From positions 23,889 to 87,888 of the forward strand of contig CAUJCT010000058.1 in the NCBI GenBank assembly GCA_963169345.1: 64,000 nucleotides of DNA, in the 5' to 3' direction. The position numbers were made by a program, and so were the translations under genes. Of the stretch, positions 26,812 through 36,857 are shown piece by piece (the stretch's first letter is position 1; each line of letters begins with the position of its first letter). The notes below the pieces were generated by a model. That model had not been told where the DNA came from, made no database searches, and was given only the letters and a program-made list of their open reading frames with translations. The DNA is from Bacteroidota bacterium. GTDB taxonomy: Bacteria > Bacteroidota > Bacteroidia > NS11-12g > UBA955.

Positions 26812-27498
26812 ATGAGTTCACAATCATCTTACAAAATCTTAATCGTTGATGATGAAATCGATATCATTGAGCTTTTAAGCTACAATCTGAAAAAAGAAAA
26901 TTTCACTGTGGTGGCTGCTATGAATGGTAAAGAAGCCATCAATATTGCTTCAAAAATTAAACCTGACATCATTTTAATGGATGTTATGATGCCTGAAATG
27001 GATGGCATTGAAGCTTGCAGACAAATTAAAGAAATCCCACAGTTAAAAAATATCCCTCTCATTTTCCTAACAGCCAGAGGCGAAGAATTTAGCGAACTGG
27101 CAGGTTTTGAAGCCGGAGCTGATGACTATATCATCAAACCGATTAAACCAAGAGTCCTGATTTCGCGTTTAAAAGCTATTCTGAGAAGAAATAATACCGA
27201 ATCTGCTGCATCTGAGAAAATGGAATTCCCTGATTTAAAAATTGACAGAGAAAGTTTCTCAGTAACCTATATGGGCAAAGTCCTTCAGTTTCCTAAAAAG
27301 GAATTCGAATTGCTATCCTTATTGGCAAGCAAACCAGGCAAAGTATTCACGCGTGAACAAATTCTGGAATCTATCTGGGGTGATGATGTGCTGGTAGTGG
27401 ACAGAACCATTGATGTCCACATCCGTAAAATTCGCGAAAAACTGGACGATAATTTTATTCAAACAATTAAAGGCGTAGGTTATAAATTTGAAGTGTGA
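26812..27498 (+). CDS. OmpR/PhoB family response regulator (PhoP-like)
   Basis: Motifs KILIVDDE, MDVMMPEMDG, LTAR, ADDYIIKP, DRTIDVHIRKIREK, TIKGVGYK. ATG at 26812 preferred over 26785. Confidence 0.92.
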   Translation: MSSQSSYKILIVDDEIDIIELLSYNLKKENFTVVAAMNGKEAINIASKIKPDIILMDVMMPEMDGIEACRQIKEIPQLKNIPLIFLTARGEEFSELAGFEAGADDYIIKPIKPRVLISRLKAILRRNNTESAASEKMEFPDLKIDRESFSVTYMGKVLQFPKKEFELLSLLASKPGKVFTREQILESIWGDDVLVVDRTIDVHIRKIREKLDDNFIQTIKGVGYKFEV

Positions 27499-28538
27499 TT
27501 AAAAACCCCACTCCGGAGAGAATAACGCTTCTGACCACCCTGGTCCTGTCGCTGGTTGTAACTGTTATTTTACTTTACTTCCGAATTCCATTCCTTCAAT
27601 TTTTAATTGCTCTATTTACCTTTGGAACCATCACTTATATTGTCATCTTATTTGGACTGGAGGTCTTTATTTACAGGAAAATTAAACTCATCTATAAAAC
27701 CATCAACCATTTTAAGACGAGTAAAATTAAAAACACCAAATACATTGACAACTATAATCTCGACCCCATTAAACGTGTCAATGAAGAGGTGATTGAATGG
27801 GCCAATGATCAGAAACAGGAAATATCTCAATTAAAAGCTACAGAGCAATACAGAAAAGAATTTCTGGGCAATGTTTCGCATGAGTTAAAAACTCCTATTT
27901 TCAATATTCAGGGTTATATAGAAACTCTACTGGATGGCGCTATCAACGATGAAGAAGTAAGGATTAAATTCCTTAACAAAGCAGCTAATAGCGCTGAAAG
28001 ACTGAATACCCTAGTCAATGACCTTTTAGAAATCAGCAAACTGGAAAGTGGAAGCCTTAGATTGCGTCCATCTGATTTTGATATCTGCGACTTAAGCAAA
28101 GATGTTTTCGAATCTTATGCCATGCATGCAGAGGTCAAGCATATAAAACTCCGCATCAAGGAAGGTTGTGATGAACCTTTAAAAGTGCATGCCGACAAAG
28201 ACAGAATCAGACAAGTTCTGAATAATCTGATTGGTAATTCGATTGCTTATGGCAGGGAAAATGGTACCACCCAGGTTGGTATCTATGATATGGACGATTA
28301 TGCCCTGATTGAAATTTCGGATGATGGTGAAGGCATTGAGGCCGAACATTTGCCTCGTCTTTTTGAGCGCTTTTACAGAACAGATAAAAGCAGATCAAGA
28401 AACAGCGGAGGAACCGGATTGGGCTTATCCATCGTTAAACACATATTAGAGGCCCATCATCAGAGTATTACTGTTCGAAGTACTGTTGGCAGTGGAACTA
28501 CTTTTGGCTTCACGCTTAAGAAGGCTGAAAAACAATAA
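27495..28538 (+). CDS. Sensor histidine kinase (PhoR-like)
   Basis: Two N-terminal TM helices, VSHELKTP H-box, NLIGNS, DDGEGI, LFERFYR, GGTGLGLSIVKHI. Confidence 0.92.
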   Translation: MIKNPTPERITLLTTLVLSLVVTVILLYFRIPFLQFLIALFTFGTITYIVILFGLEVFIYRKIKLIYKTINHFKTSKIKNTKYIDNYNLDPIKRVNEEVIEWANDQKQEISQLKATEQYRKEFLGNVSHELKTPIFNIQGYIETLLDGAINDEEVRIKFLNKAANSAERLNTLVNDLLEISKLESGSLRLRPSDFDICDLSKDVFESYAMHAEVKHIKLRIKEGCDEPLKVHADKDRIRQVLNNLIGNSIAYGRENGTTQVGIYDMDDYALIEISDDGEGIEAEHLPRLFERFYRTDKSRSRNSGGTGLGLSIVKHILEAHHQSITVRSTVGSGTTFGFTLKKAEKQ

Positions 28539-28568
28539 AAAAAAACCGGCTGTTACACCGGTCTTTTC
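28538..28568. terminator. Bidirectional terminator between convergent genes
   Basis: A-run, ACCGG-CTGTTACA-CCGGT, then CTTTT. Confidence 0.7.
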
Positions 28569-28585
28569 TGTAAATCGATTTATTC

Positions 28586-31500
28586 TTATTGTTTAATAAT
28601 GCATGCACTGAGTGATATACCCTCTCCTTCTATTCTGACAATGTAAACCCCACTGGTTTGATTGCTCAAATTAACCTGAGCTTCATTGCCATTCAAATCA
28701 GATTCATAAACCATTTCCCCAAGTACATTGTATACTCTGACTTTAGCCTGAGTATTTCCAATATTTGAACTTAGTTTAACTTTAAATATATCCTGCACTG
28801 GATTAGGATAAATATTCAATTGATAAACCGCCTTAAAGTCTGGAATATTTGAATTGGATTCTACAAATTCATTTACTGTTGTATTAGTTACTATTGGCGC
28901 GTTATAATCAAAATAGATATATGCAGTATTGTTGATTTTCGTTCCTTTAGGCATTCCAGGCAGTGGTTTAATTCTGTATTGCACAAAACCCTGAGAGCCT
29001 TTGCTGTCTGTAAAACTATCCGGCAACATGATATTTGGGAATCGGAAAGTCACTGCATTTTCAACAACTGATGTAACCATTTTATGGCTGTAGTTGATAA
29101 CCTGGAAACTTGAAATATCCAGTTGAGAAGCCAGCGTATCTGCAATTCTGATATTCTCAGCTTCAGCATTTCCGGTATTTTGGAAATGTATGGTATAAGT
29201 CAGCCAGTCATTGTACAACGGAGGCACATCAACAGGATACACTTCTTTGATATTTGGGTCGTATGAATTGCGCACCAGATAACGGAAGACCTTTTTGTTG
29301 TTGCTTGAATCGTTGTCTCCACTGGTTGGGGTTACTTCTACACTGATAACAATGGTATCATTCATATTGGCAGAAGTATCTGTTCTTAAGAATACCGCAA
29401 ATGCCTTGTTATTATTTATAGTTCCAAAATTAGAAATGGAATATGTTAAAGTTGAACCGGAAACAGAAGGTGTTAATGCATCATTATGTGCGCCTGTATA
29501 TGTAACCGGACCGGCAATTGACACTTTAACGGTGCCTGAAACACCATTGGCACAACTAAGTCCATACCACTGAGACAAATCTCCGGCTAACACTCTTAAA
29601 GTATGAATGGCACCAGGGAATACCCTACCTTGAGGAACTACTGATTTTGCCCCGATATCGAAACCATTTTTACACTGAACATTGAAATCTATTTGTGCTA
29701 CGGGATTGCCGTTTGAAATTGAAAAACCTGAATCTATGCCCGGATAAGGACAAGACACCTGGAACGGAATACTGTTGGTATCAATGGCGACAGTATAAGT
29801 ACCATTGGATATATTGAAATTATAAATTCCATCAGAAGTACTGCTCTTACCAATCAATGAATTACTGTTGTCGAGCAATTCGAACATGATATTATCTAAA
29901 AGCTTATCACCATTATCTCTTACACAGTTTGAATTCACATCAAATGCGGCATAACCCATTAAACCTTTTTGGAAAGAAATATACTTGCATACCTTAACAG
30001 AAGAATCGCAGCTGAGTAGCTCAAGACAGAACTTATGTGTAACTGTATCTGTAAATTGATATCTCAATGTATCTGTTCCGTTGAATTTAGGTTGTAACAC
30101 ATCGTCAATACTCCATTTCTGATATGAACTTCTGTACTTTTTGTCTCTGTATTTATTAAATACTTTTAATTCAGAAAGAGCGGTAATATGTTCAAGTGTC
30201 GGTGCATTGTAACTGCTGTTATACCCCGCTGCGTAATATGAAGCTGCATAACCACTGTCCACTCCTGTAGCACTCGATTTAAAAATCAGATACATGCTAT
30301 TGGAAGTTGAAGTATAACTCGGTTTAGTTCCGTTGTTAGATACCGAAAGTTTGGCAATCACTTTAGCAGAATTAACTGTATCATCATCATAAATCATGAT
30401 ATAGTCGTTGGTATCTGCAAATCTCAATTGGTGAAACTGAACGGTAACTGGTTTCTTAGCGTCAGGCACAATGGATAAATATGATTTGGTAGCAAAACCT
30501 TGATTGTTCCCGTAATTTAAATTTGGACCACCATCGTCGTATATAGTGCCATAATTGGAGTGCACCTGATTGTTGAGTTTAGGTCCATACATGCCATATC
30601 CCAGGTTATACATAGTTGGTGCAGATACAAAAATGGTCATTTTTCTGACAACTTTTTTAGATGATCCAACATCATTTTTACTGACTAATTCAACAGTGTA
30701 TACGCCTGGTACATCAAATTCGAACTGAGGACTTGAACTAAATTCATCATTACCATTACCCCACGGGTCAGCTATAACTTCTCCCGTGTTTAGTGAACCC
30801 CAGTTACCGCTTGTTGAATCATATACATTCCATTTCCATTCATAAGGGCCATTGGTGGATTTATCAAATAGCTGAACTACTTCATACTGTTCTATATTTC
30901 TGTAACAAGATGTAAAATCTGCAACCGGAATAGCTGTTGGAGATTTAATGTACATACATTTAATGGTATCGTATGTGCCAAAACAATTGGTGCTTCTAAG
31001 CTTGATACATTTACCGCCGGTTGTTGTAAATGTATAAGTAAAATCGAGGCTGTTCTGAGATTCAAAACTACCATCATTATTGGCATCCCAGGCATGACTG
31101 ATATAGCCGCTTCGGTTTTTGTTTTTAAACAATACTTTAGTTTTCACAAAAGCCGTATCCGGCAAATCAAATGCTGCAATAACGCTTGATGGCTGGGTAA
31201 TTGTTATTTGAAAATCCCATGCTTCACCATAATAATAACCTGTATTACCACAGGCATGATTGCCATTCAACTGATACATCCCCTGAGATCTGACACGCAT
31301 TCGTGTACTGCCTGCCTTTGCATTACAAGGCACAGCAAAAGTAAAAGTGTGCTTTACTCCTCCGGCAACATTGTTATTGGACATTTTGGAACCAACCAGT
31401 TCAACTGAATCAAATGTACTGTCCTGATCGAAATCAATCCAAAAACCAGAAGCGGTTCCGAAATTGTAAGTAGATCTTTCAGTGGTAATTTCCATGGTGT

Positions 31501-31822
31501 AAGTAGCACCAGCGGTCAATGTGGTAGAAGAGTTCCAGAACCTGTACACATCACTGTCTGCACTTCCGTAACAGCCACTGGTTTGATTCAGTGTGTTGAG
31601 TTTAACGGATAAAATGTTAAATCCATAAGAGTAAGTACAGGTCCCTTGCACCATGCCTCCAGTAGTGGGATAACAATATGGAGCAGGATTTCTGGTTTGC
31701 GCACCTAAATGAGTTGCTAATAAAAAAAAGCAACTAATTAAGAGGTGCCTGAAGAGTTTTGAATAGTAGGTATTTTCCATAATTATCTTTTTGATATTCG
31801 AAATTACCTTTAAATTATTCAA
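28586..31822 (-). CDS. T9SS type A cargo with GEVED-like, PKD, CUB-like and C-terminal Ig-like domains
   Basis: GEVED-like FWIDFDQDSTF...STRMRVR...GEAWD, PKD-like PVADF..LFDKSTNGPYEWKW, CUB-like TIYDDGG, SYDPNIKEV..YTIHFQNTG, CTD IYPNPV...GVYIVRI. Likely start is the ATG at 31780. Confidence 0.85.
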   Translation of the reverse strand: MNNLKVISNIKKIIMENTYYSKLFRHLLISCFFLLATHLGAQTRNPAPYCYPTTGGMVQGTCTYSYGFNILSVKLNTLNQTSGCYGSADSDVYRFWNSSTTLTAGATYTMEITTERSTYNFGTASGFWIDFDQDSTFDSVELVGSKMSNNNVAGGVKHTFTFAVPCNAKAGSTRMRVRSQGMYQLNGNHACGNTGYYYGEAWDFQITITQPSSVIAAFDLPDTAFVKTKVLFKNKNRSGYISHAWDANNDGSFESQNSLDFTYTFTTTGGKCIKLRSTNCFGTYDTIKCMYIKSPTAIPVADFTSCYRNIEQYEVVQLFDKSTNGPYEWKWNVYDSTSGNWGSLNTGEVIADPWGNGNDEFSSSPQFEFDVPGVYTVELVSKNDVGSSKKVVRKMTIFVSAPTMYNLGYGMYGPKLNNQVHSNYGTIYDDGGPNLNYGNNQGFATKSYLSIVPDAKKPVTVQFHQLRFADTNDYIMIYDDDTVNSAKVIAKLSVSNNGTKPSYTSTSNSMYLIFKSSATGVDSGYAASYYAAGYNSSYNAPTLEHITALSELKVFNKYRDKKYRSSYQKWSIDDVLQPKFNGTDTLRYQFTDTVTHKFCLELLSCDSSVKVCKYISFQKGLMGYAAFDVNSNCVRDNGDKLLDNIMFELLDNSNSLIGKSSTSDGIYNFNISNGTYTVAIDTNSIPFQVSCPYPGIDSGFSISNGNPVAQIDFNVQCKNGFDIGAKSVVPQGRVFPGAIHTLRVLAGDLSQWYGLSCANGVSGTVKVSIAGPVTYTGAHNDALTPSVSGSTLTYSISNFGTINNNKAFAVFLRTDTSANMNDTIVISVEVTPTSGDNDSSNNKKVFRYLVRNSYDPNIKEVYPVDVPPLYNDWLTYTIHFQNTGNAEAENIRIADTLASQLDISSFQVINYSHKMVTSVVENAVTFRFPNIMLPDSFTDSKGSQGFVQYRIKPLPGMPKGTKINNTAYIYFDYNAPIVTNTTVNEFVESNSNIPDFKAVYQLNIYPNPVQDIFKVKLSSNIGNTQAKVRVYNVLGEMVYESDLNGNEAQVNLSNQTSGVYIVRIEGEGISLSACIIKQ

Positions 31823-32034
31823 TACTTTACATACTTAATTGATAATGACTTAACAATGACATTTTATTGACTTGCCACTGACAAATTCATTTTAATTTTA
31901 TCAATAAATTCTACTGGTCTTTTAAAAGATATGACTGAAATAATAAAGTGATGTACAAAGAGACAGGTGAGCTTTAATTCATCTTTCGCTGAAACAAATC
32001 AGAAAGCAACTGCAAGTTAAAAGAAACTAACGGA

Positions 32035-32400
32035 TTATTCAATAATCACACCGGTAGGTTCGAAGCTGATTTCACCGGCATCGTCTTTTACAAATTTACC
32101 TTTAGCAATAGCGTGTTTGCCTTTGCTTTCTTTAGGCATTGTGAATTTTTCGTTTGTATTGACATAAAAGTCAGATTCGCCATTTTTAAACGAAATCCAG
32201 CAACCAGAATGAGAGCAAACATTGTCAATTTTACCTTCAATGACGTAAGTGGTATCAACTCCTGACTGAAATTCGGATAATGCTGACGTAAATGCTTTAG
32301 CACCTGTTTTGTCAAATTTTTCGCCAAAAGTTCCTGTTACTGGTTGTTGATTGCAGGCAAATAAAACTGCAAGCAGGATAAAATTCAAAAATTTATTCAT
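32035..32400 (-). CDS. Small lipoprotein (DUF4920-like)
   Basis: Lipobox LFAC, VCSHSGCW motif. Start MNKFL at 32400, TATTTTTG box at 32422-29. Confidence 0.7.
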   Translation of the reverse strand: MNKFLNFILLAVLFACNQQPVTGTFGEKFDKTGAKAFTSALSEFQSGVDTTYVIEGKIDNVCSHSGCWISFKNGESDFYVNTNEKFTMPKESKGKHAIAKGKFVKDDAGEISFEPTGVIIE

Positions 32401-32485
32401 GACTTTTCTGATTGTGTGAGGCAAAAATACAACTTATTGACAGCAAAATTCAAATATATTGAATTATCTTTGAGGCTCAATCATT

Positions 32486-32809
32486 ATGAGTAATAACAAC
32501 GAAATCATCGAACAACCTCTAGATATAGAGCTTAGTGAAGAAGTGGCTGAAGGCACTTATAGCAATCTCGCCATTATCACACACAGTCAGGCCGAATTCA
32601 TTATCGATTTTGTCCGTATACTTCCCGGTATTCCTAAAGGAAAAGTAAAAAGCCGCATCATTATGACACCTCAGCATGCCAAACGTTTATTGTTTGCTTT
32701 GGGTGACAATATGAGCAAATTCGAAAATAACTTCGGTGAAGTCGATATTGACAATGGTGGCAATCCGGGCTTCCCTATCAATTTTGGCGGTATGACCGGT
32801 CAGGCTTAA
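32486..32809 (+). CDS. DUF3467 family protein
   Basis: Motifs LDIELSEEVAEGTYSNLAIITHS.AEFIIDF and SRIIMTPQHAKRL. Confidence 0.88.
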   Translation: MSNNNEIIEQPLDIELSEEVAEGTYSNLAIITHSQAEFIIDFVRILPGIPKGKVKSRIIMTPQHAKRLLFALGDNMSKFENNFGEVDIDNGGNPGFPINFGGMTGQA

Positions 32810-32820
32810 TTTAGCCTCGA

Positions 32821-34215
32821 CTAGTATCCCAATGTTTTCAGCATACTTTTGTATGTCTGTTCTTTTGAAAACAGCTTAGTGCTGTAATCTCCATTTTCAT
32901 CAACCGATATAATGATGTGTTTTGGCGCTGGTGTCAAACAGTGTTGTATTCCACCATATCCACCAATACTCTCCTGATATGCTCCAGTGTGGAAATATCC
33001 TATATACAAAGGTTCATTTGTATCAAACACCGGCAGGTAAATAGCGTTGGCATGTTGCTCACTGTTGTAATAATCATCGCTATCGCAAGTAATTCCTCCC
33101 AACAAAACACGCTCGTAATTTTTATCCCAGCGGTTTAATGGAAACATGATAAACTTTTTATTAATTGCCCAGGAATCAGGTAAAGTGGTCATAAAACTAC
33201 TGTCAATCATATTCCACTTTTCTCTGTCGTTTTGCACCTTCTGATATTCAACTTTAAAGATGGCACCACCACTTTCACCTACGGTAAATGAACCAAATTC
33301 AGTGAAGATATCAGGCTCAGGTACACCATTTGAATCGCAAACTGCCTTCACTTGTGCTACTATCTCTGATGCCATGTACTCATAGTCGAAGTTAAATTTG
33401 AGTGAATTCTTAATTGGGAAACCACCACCGATATTCAAACTATCCAGAGATGGACATATCTTCTTTAACTCTATATATACACTCAGACATTTGTGCAATT
33501 CATTCCAGTAATAGGCGTCGTCTTCAATACCTGTATTTATAAAGAAGTGAAGCATTTTCAGTTTCATGTGCTTGTTTTTACTGATTTTTTCCTTGTAAAC
33601 AGGCACTATATCTTTATAACCTATACCTAGTCTTGATGTATAAAAAGGAAACTTAGGTTCTTCCTCCGCAGCAATTCGCATTCCTACGTGAAAGTCTTGT
33701 GTGATGGCAGTAGATAGCAAATCTATTTCGCGAATATTGTCTATAACCGGTATGACATTTTTGAAACCCATCTCAACCAGCATGGCTATATTGTCTATAT
33801 ACGGCTGCAGTTTGAAACCATTACAAACGATGTATTTGTCTTTGTTGATAAGCCCCTGTTCGAGCAAAGACAATATAAGATTGATATCGAATGCTGAAGA
33901 GGTTTCCAGGTGTACTTCATTCCTAAGAACCTCCTCCAGTACATGACTGAAATGAGAACTCTTGGTACAATAACAGTAGTGGTACTTGGCTTTGTAATCT
34001 ACTTTCGCCATTGCTACATTGAACCAGGTACGTGCTTTTTTGATGTTTTCAGATATCCTGGGCAGATAAGTAAACTTGAGAGGTGTGCCATACTGTTCTA
34101 CAATATCCATTAAAGGAATGTTGTGAAAAGTTAGCTCATTGTCGTCATTGAGAGAGAACTCATCAACTGGAAAATCAAAGGTCTGATCAATCAGATCGAT
34201 ATATTTATCTTTCAT
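32821..34215 (-). CDS. speA: Arginine decarboxylase (Bacteroidota type, PLP fold III)
   Basis: Motifs YCYCTKSSH, LETSSAFD, FYTSRLGI, LNIGGGFP, EFGSFTVGESG, ITCDSDDYY, FHTGAYQE. TACATTTG box at 34254-61. Confidence 0.88.
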   Translation of the reverse strand: MKDKYIDLIDQTFDFPVDEFSLNDDNELTFHNIPLMDIVEQYGTPLKFTYLPRISENIKKARTWFNVAMAKVDYKAKYHYCYCTKSSHFSHVLEEVLRNEVHLETSSAFDINLILSLLEQGLINKDKYIVCNGFKLQPYIDNIAMLVEMGFKNVIPVIDNIREIDLLSTAITQDFHVGMRIAAEEEPKFPFYTSRLGIGYKDIVPVYKEKISKNKHMKLKMLHFFINTGIEDDAYYWNELHKCLSVYIELKKICPSLDSLNIGGGFPIKNSLKFNFDYEYMASEIVAQVKAVCDSNGVPEPDIFTEFGSFTVGESGGAIFKVEYQKVQNDREKWNMIDSSFMTTLPDSWAINKKFIMFPLNRWDKNYERVLLGGITCDSDDYYNSEQHANAIYLPVFDTNEPLYIGYFHTGAYQESIGGYGGIQHCLTPAPKHIIISVDENGDYSTKLFSKEQTYKSMLKTLGY

Positions 34216-34456
34216 TTATTAAAACTCAAGTAAGTTACTTTACAAAAGTCGTGCAAATGTAACTAAGTTGGATTTGATAAAAAAGAGGAATTTTTGGAGT
34301 TTAAGTAGAGTTAAATTTATCCTATTTTCAAATTAAACAACTCATTTCACACAATATGAGGCAATTACAAATAACAGCTAATTCAATGTTCAAAAATTTT
34401 AAGTAAATTACACAGGACAAATGAAGGTATAAAATCGACAACCAGGACGTTCAGGT

Positions 34457-35887
34457 CTAACGCAATAAAGTAAACGTACCTTCAAATAAATAAGTTGAAT
34501 TGCTCTGCTGGGTGTCGAAACTGAGTATGAAAACATACACCGATTCCTGACATAACTCACCCTTATATTTGCCATCCCAACCCAGCTTTGGATCATTCGA
34601 CTCATATAAAAGTTCACCCCAGCGGTTGAAAATCTTAAGAGAATAGGATTTCACATAAGCTAAATAAGGCGGAAAATAATCATTGCTTCCGTCTCCGTTG
34701 GGTGTAAAAGCGTTAGGAATAAAGCAGTCGGGTAAGCAATTTTCACCAATGTAAAATACCATAGAATCAGGACAATTACCTGAATCTTTCATCAATACAA
34801 CACTTACAATACCAGGATTCCATACTTTTAAAGTCCTTGAAGTAGCTCCTGAAGGCGACCATAAATAAGATTTGTACCCTGAACCCGGATCTAATACCAC
34901 TGTATCAGTTGTCTTTGGACAGATATAATTGGTCCGGTTTTTATATACGTTGTTTGGACCACCACTGAGCTTAACCGTACTTTCAATTATTTTACTGCAC
35001 TTGTCTGTATAATGCACCGTATCATAAAAAAGTCCGGAATTTTTCACATACTTTTTATTGACATAAACACTGTCTCCTTTGCATATAGAATAGCTCCTTT
35101 TCTCTATCGTCACTGTATCGACCAGAACAGTTGTTTCAAACTGAGTACAATTGATATTGACTTTTAATGTATAAACACCACTACTCTGAGGCGTTATAAT
35201 AGAGTCGGAACTTAATAACTGATTATTGAACCACCATTCACAGGATTGAGGAAAGGGTTTACCTAAAATAGAGTATGTTAACTTATCACCTTTAAACAGA
35301 CATACTTTTTCAGGCAGAGAGACTTCAAATGAATCCAGTTCAACATTATCAACAGCAATAACACCGGGAGCCGGGCTGGCGCATTTGGCAGGCGGACTGG
35401 TTGGAGTGCATCGCGAATGCCCGGTAAGTCGCACTGTCACTTGAGTTGTAACTGGAATAAAGCAACAACTGACTATTTTCTTTTTCCAAAATAATCTCCA
35501 GCCTGGCACTTTAGAAAACTCATCATTAAACAGACGATTGCCCAGTTGAACACCATTGATGAATACATCTACGCCGGCATCTTCATCATCCCATTCCGAC
35601 CAGGTGCCCAAATCAACCCGGATGTAATATATTTTACCTGGAGTGACACGAATATCCTGTTCTATCCAATTGCCATTGCCATAAGTACATCCTGTGATAT
35701 CAACCCAAAAATCATTGGCCTGAAATAAATCAGAAACCTGCGAATTATTTGTACGCCAACCAGTCGGTCCAACACAGTTATTGGAACCAATATTAAAATC
35801 ACCGTTGTAAAATTGAGTGAAACACAAATTCTGAGACAATACATTTAAAATGTACAATCCAAGAGCTATTATTTTGTGTATCTCCAT
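34457..35887 (-). CDS. T9SS type B (gliding-motility-associated CTD) surface protein
   Basis: C-terminal FIPNAFTPNGDGSNDYF...IFNRWGELLY...GWDG...TLLR. Cys-rich Ig-like repeats and a jelly-roll-like N-domain. Confidence 0.88.
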   Translation of the reverse strand: MEIHKIIALGLYILNVLSQNLCFTQFYNGDFNIGSNNCVGPTGWRTNNSQVSDLFQANDFWVDITGCTYGNGNWIEQDIRVTPGKIYYIRVDLGTWSEWDDEDAGVDVFINGVQLGNRLFNDEFSKVPGWRLFWKKKIVSCCFIPVTTQVTVRLTGHSRCTPTSPPAKCASPAPGVIAVDNVELDSFEVSLPEKVCLFKGDKLTYSILGKPFPQSCEWWFNNQLLSSDSIITPQSSGVYTLKVNINCTQFETTVLVDTVTIEKRSYSICKGDSVYVNKKYVKNSGLFYDTVHYTDKCSKIIESTVKLSGGPNNVYKNRTNYICPKTTDTVVLDPGSGYKSYLWSPSGATSRTLKVWNPGIVSVVLMKDSGNCPDSMVFYIGENCLPDCFIPNAFTPNGDGSNDYFPPYLAYVKSYSLKIFNRWGELLYESNDPKLGWDGKYKGELCQESVYVFILSFDTQQSNSTYLFEGTFTLLR

Positions 35888-36000
35888 TTTAATTTATAAT
35901 CAAATTTAGGAGATATTTTGCAATAAACGTTATTGAAAATTAAATTATTAGCTCATTTGACATAAAAATGATAAACTGAACTATATAAGGTAAAAGAGCA

Positions 36001-36711
36001 TTAATAGAAGTACTCTTCTTCTCTTTTAAAGTTCTTCATATCGAACAAATAGCTGATACCAATGCCAACATAGCTGCCTCTGTATCCTAATGCAAATAAT
36101 CTTTGCTGACTTAAATCGCTGGAATTATAGATAGATAATTCGCTCATCTGGGTAAATGATTGTTTGTAATACACGCCAAATACAAACATATTGCCGCTTT
36201 TACCTTCACTACCAATCTCAACACCTAAGTTGAGCATTGGATATAGTGTGTTGATGCTTTTCTCGGAAATAACAAAGGTATTGTTGTTGTTTTTTAAAAC
36301 TTTTTCAGTGCTGCCAATTTGATAATTTAGCGTCAGTCCGGCAAGAGCTCTCATTTTAGATGTTGCCCCGATGCGCATTTTGAAAATGGCATTTACCGGA
36401 ATTTCGAGGTTCCCAAAATTGTGTTTCAATAAATTGCCGTTGTCATTGCTGTCATTAAAAACCCTGTAACCTTTGTTGGTATAACCTATGCCAGTTCCTA
36501 ATGTAAACCTGTCTGTGAAACCATATTGCAAAGAAATAGCTGCATTAAAACCAGACTTAAACCTGAAATTAAAATTATCCGGCAATGAATCCAATACATA
36601 CGAACGAGACGAAACTAAACTGATGCTCGGCCCAATTCTAAAGCCTTTCTGTGAAAATAATGCCTGTTGAAAATATAGACACAAAACAAAGAGTACTACT
36701 TTCTTAATCAT
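36001..36711 (-). CDS. Outer-membrane beta-barrel protein (porin family)
   Basis: Signal peptide, alternating beta-strand pattern, LEIPV and GIGISYLF motifs. Confidence 0.75.
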   Translation of the reverse strand: MIKKVVLFVLCLYFQQALFSQKGFRIGPSISLVSSRSYVLDSLPDNFNFRFKSGFNAAISLQYGFTDRFTLGTGIGYTNKGYRVFNDSNDNGNLLKHNFGNLEIPVNAIFKMRIGATSKMRALAGLTLNYQIGSTEKVLKNNNNTFVISEKSINTLYPMLNLGVEIGSEGKSGNMFVFGVYYKQSFTQMSELSIYNSSDLSQQRLFALGYRGSYVGIGISYLFDMKNFKREEEYFY

Positions 36712-36857
36712 CGTTACAAACCTATGATAAATTTTCTAAAACCGATTCGATTTTTTCCTAACATTGAATTCCTTTCTGAACTAATGACGACTATCACCTC
36801 GTATAAGTTACATTTTCTCGCGATTTGTCAGATTATACTTAATTTTGTCGCTCACTC

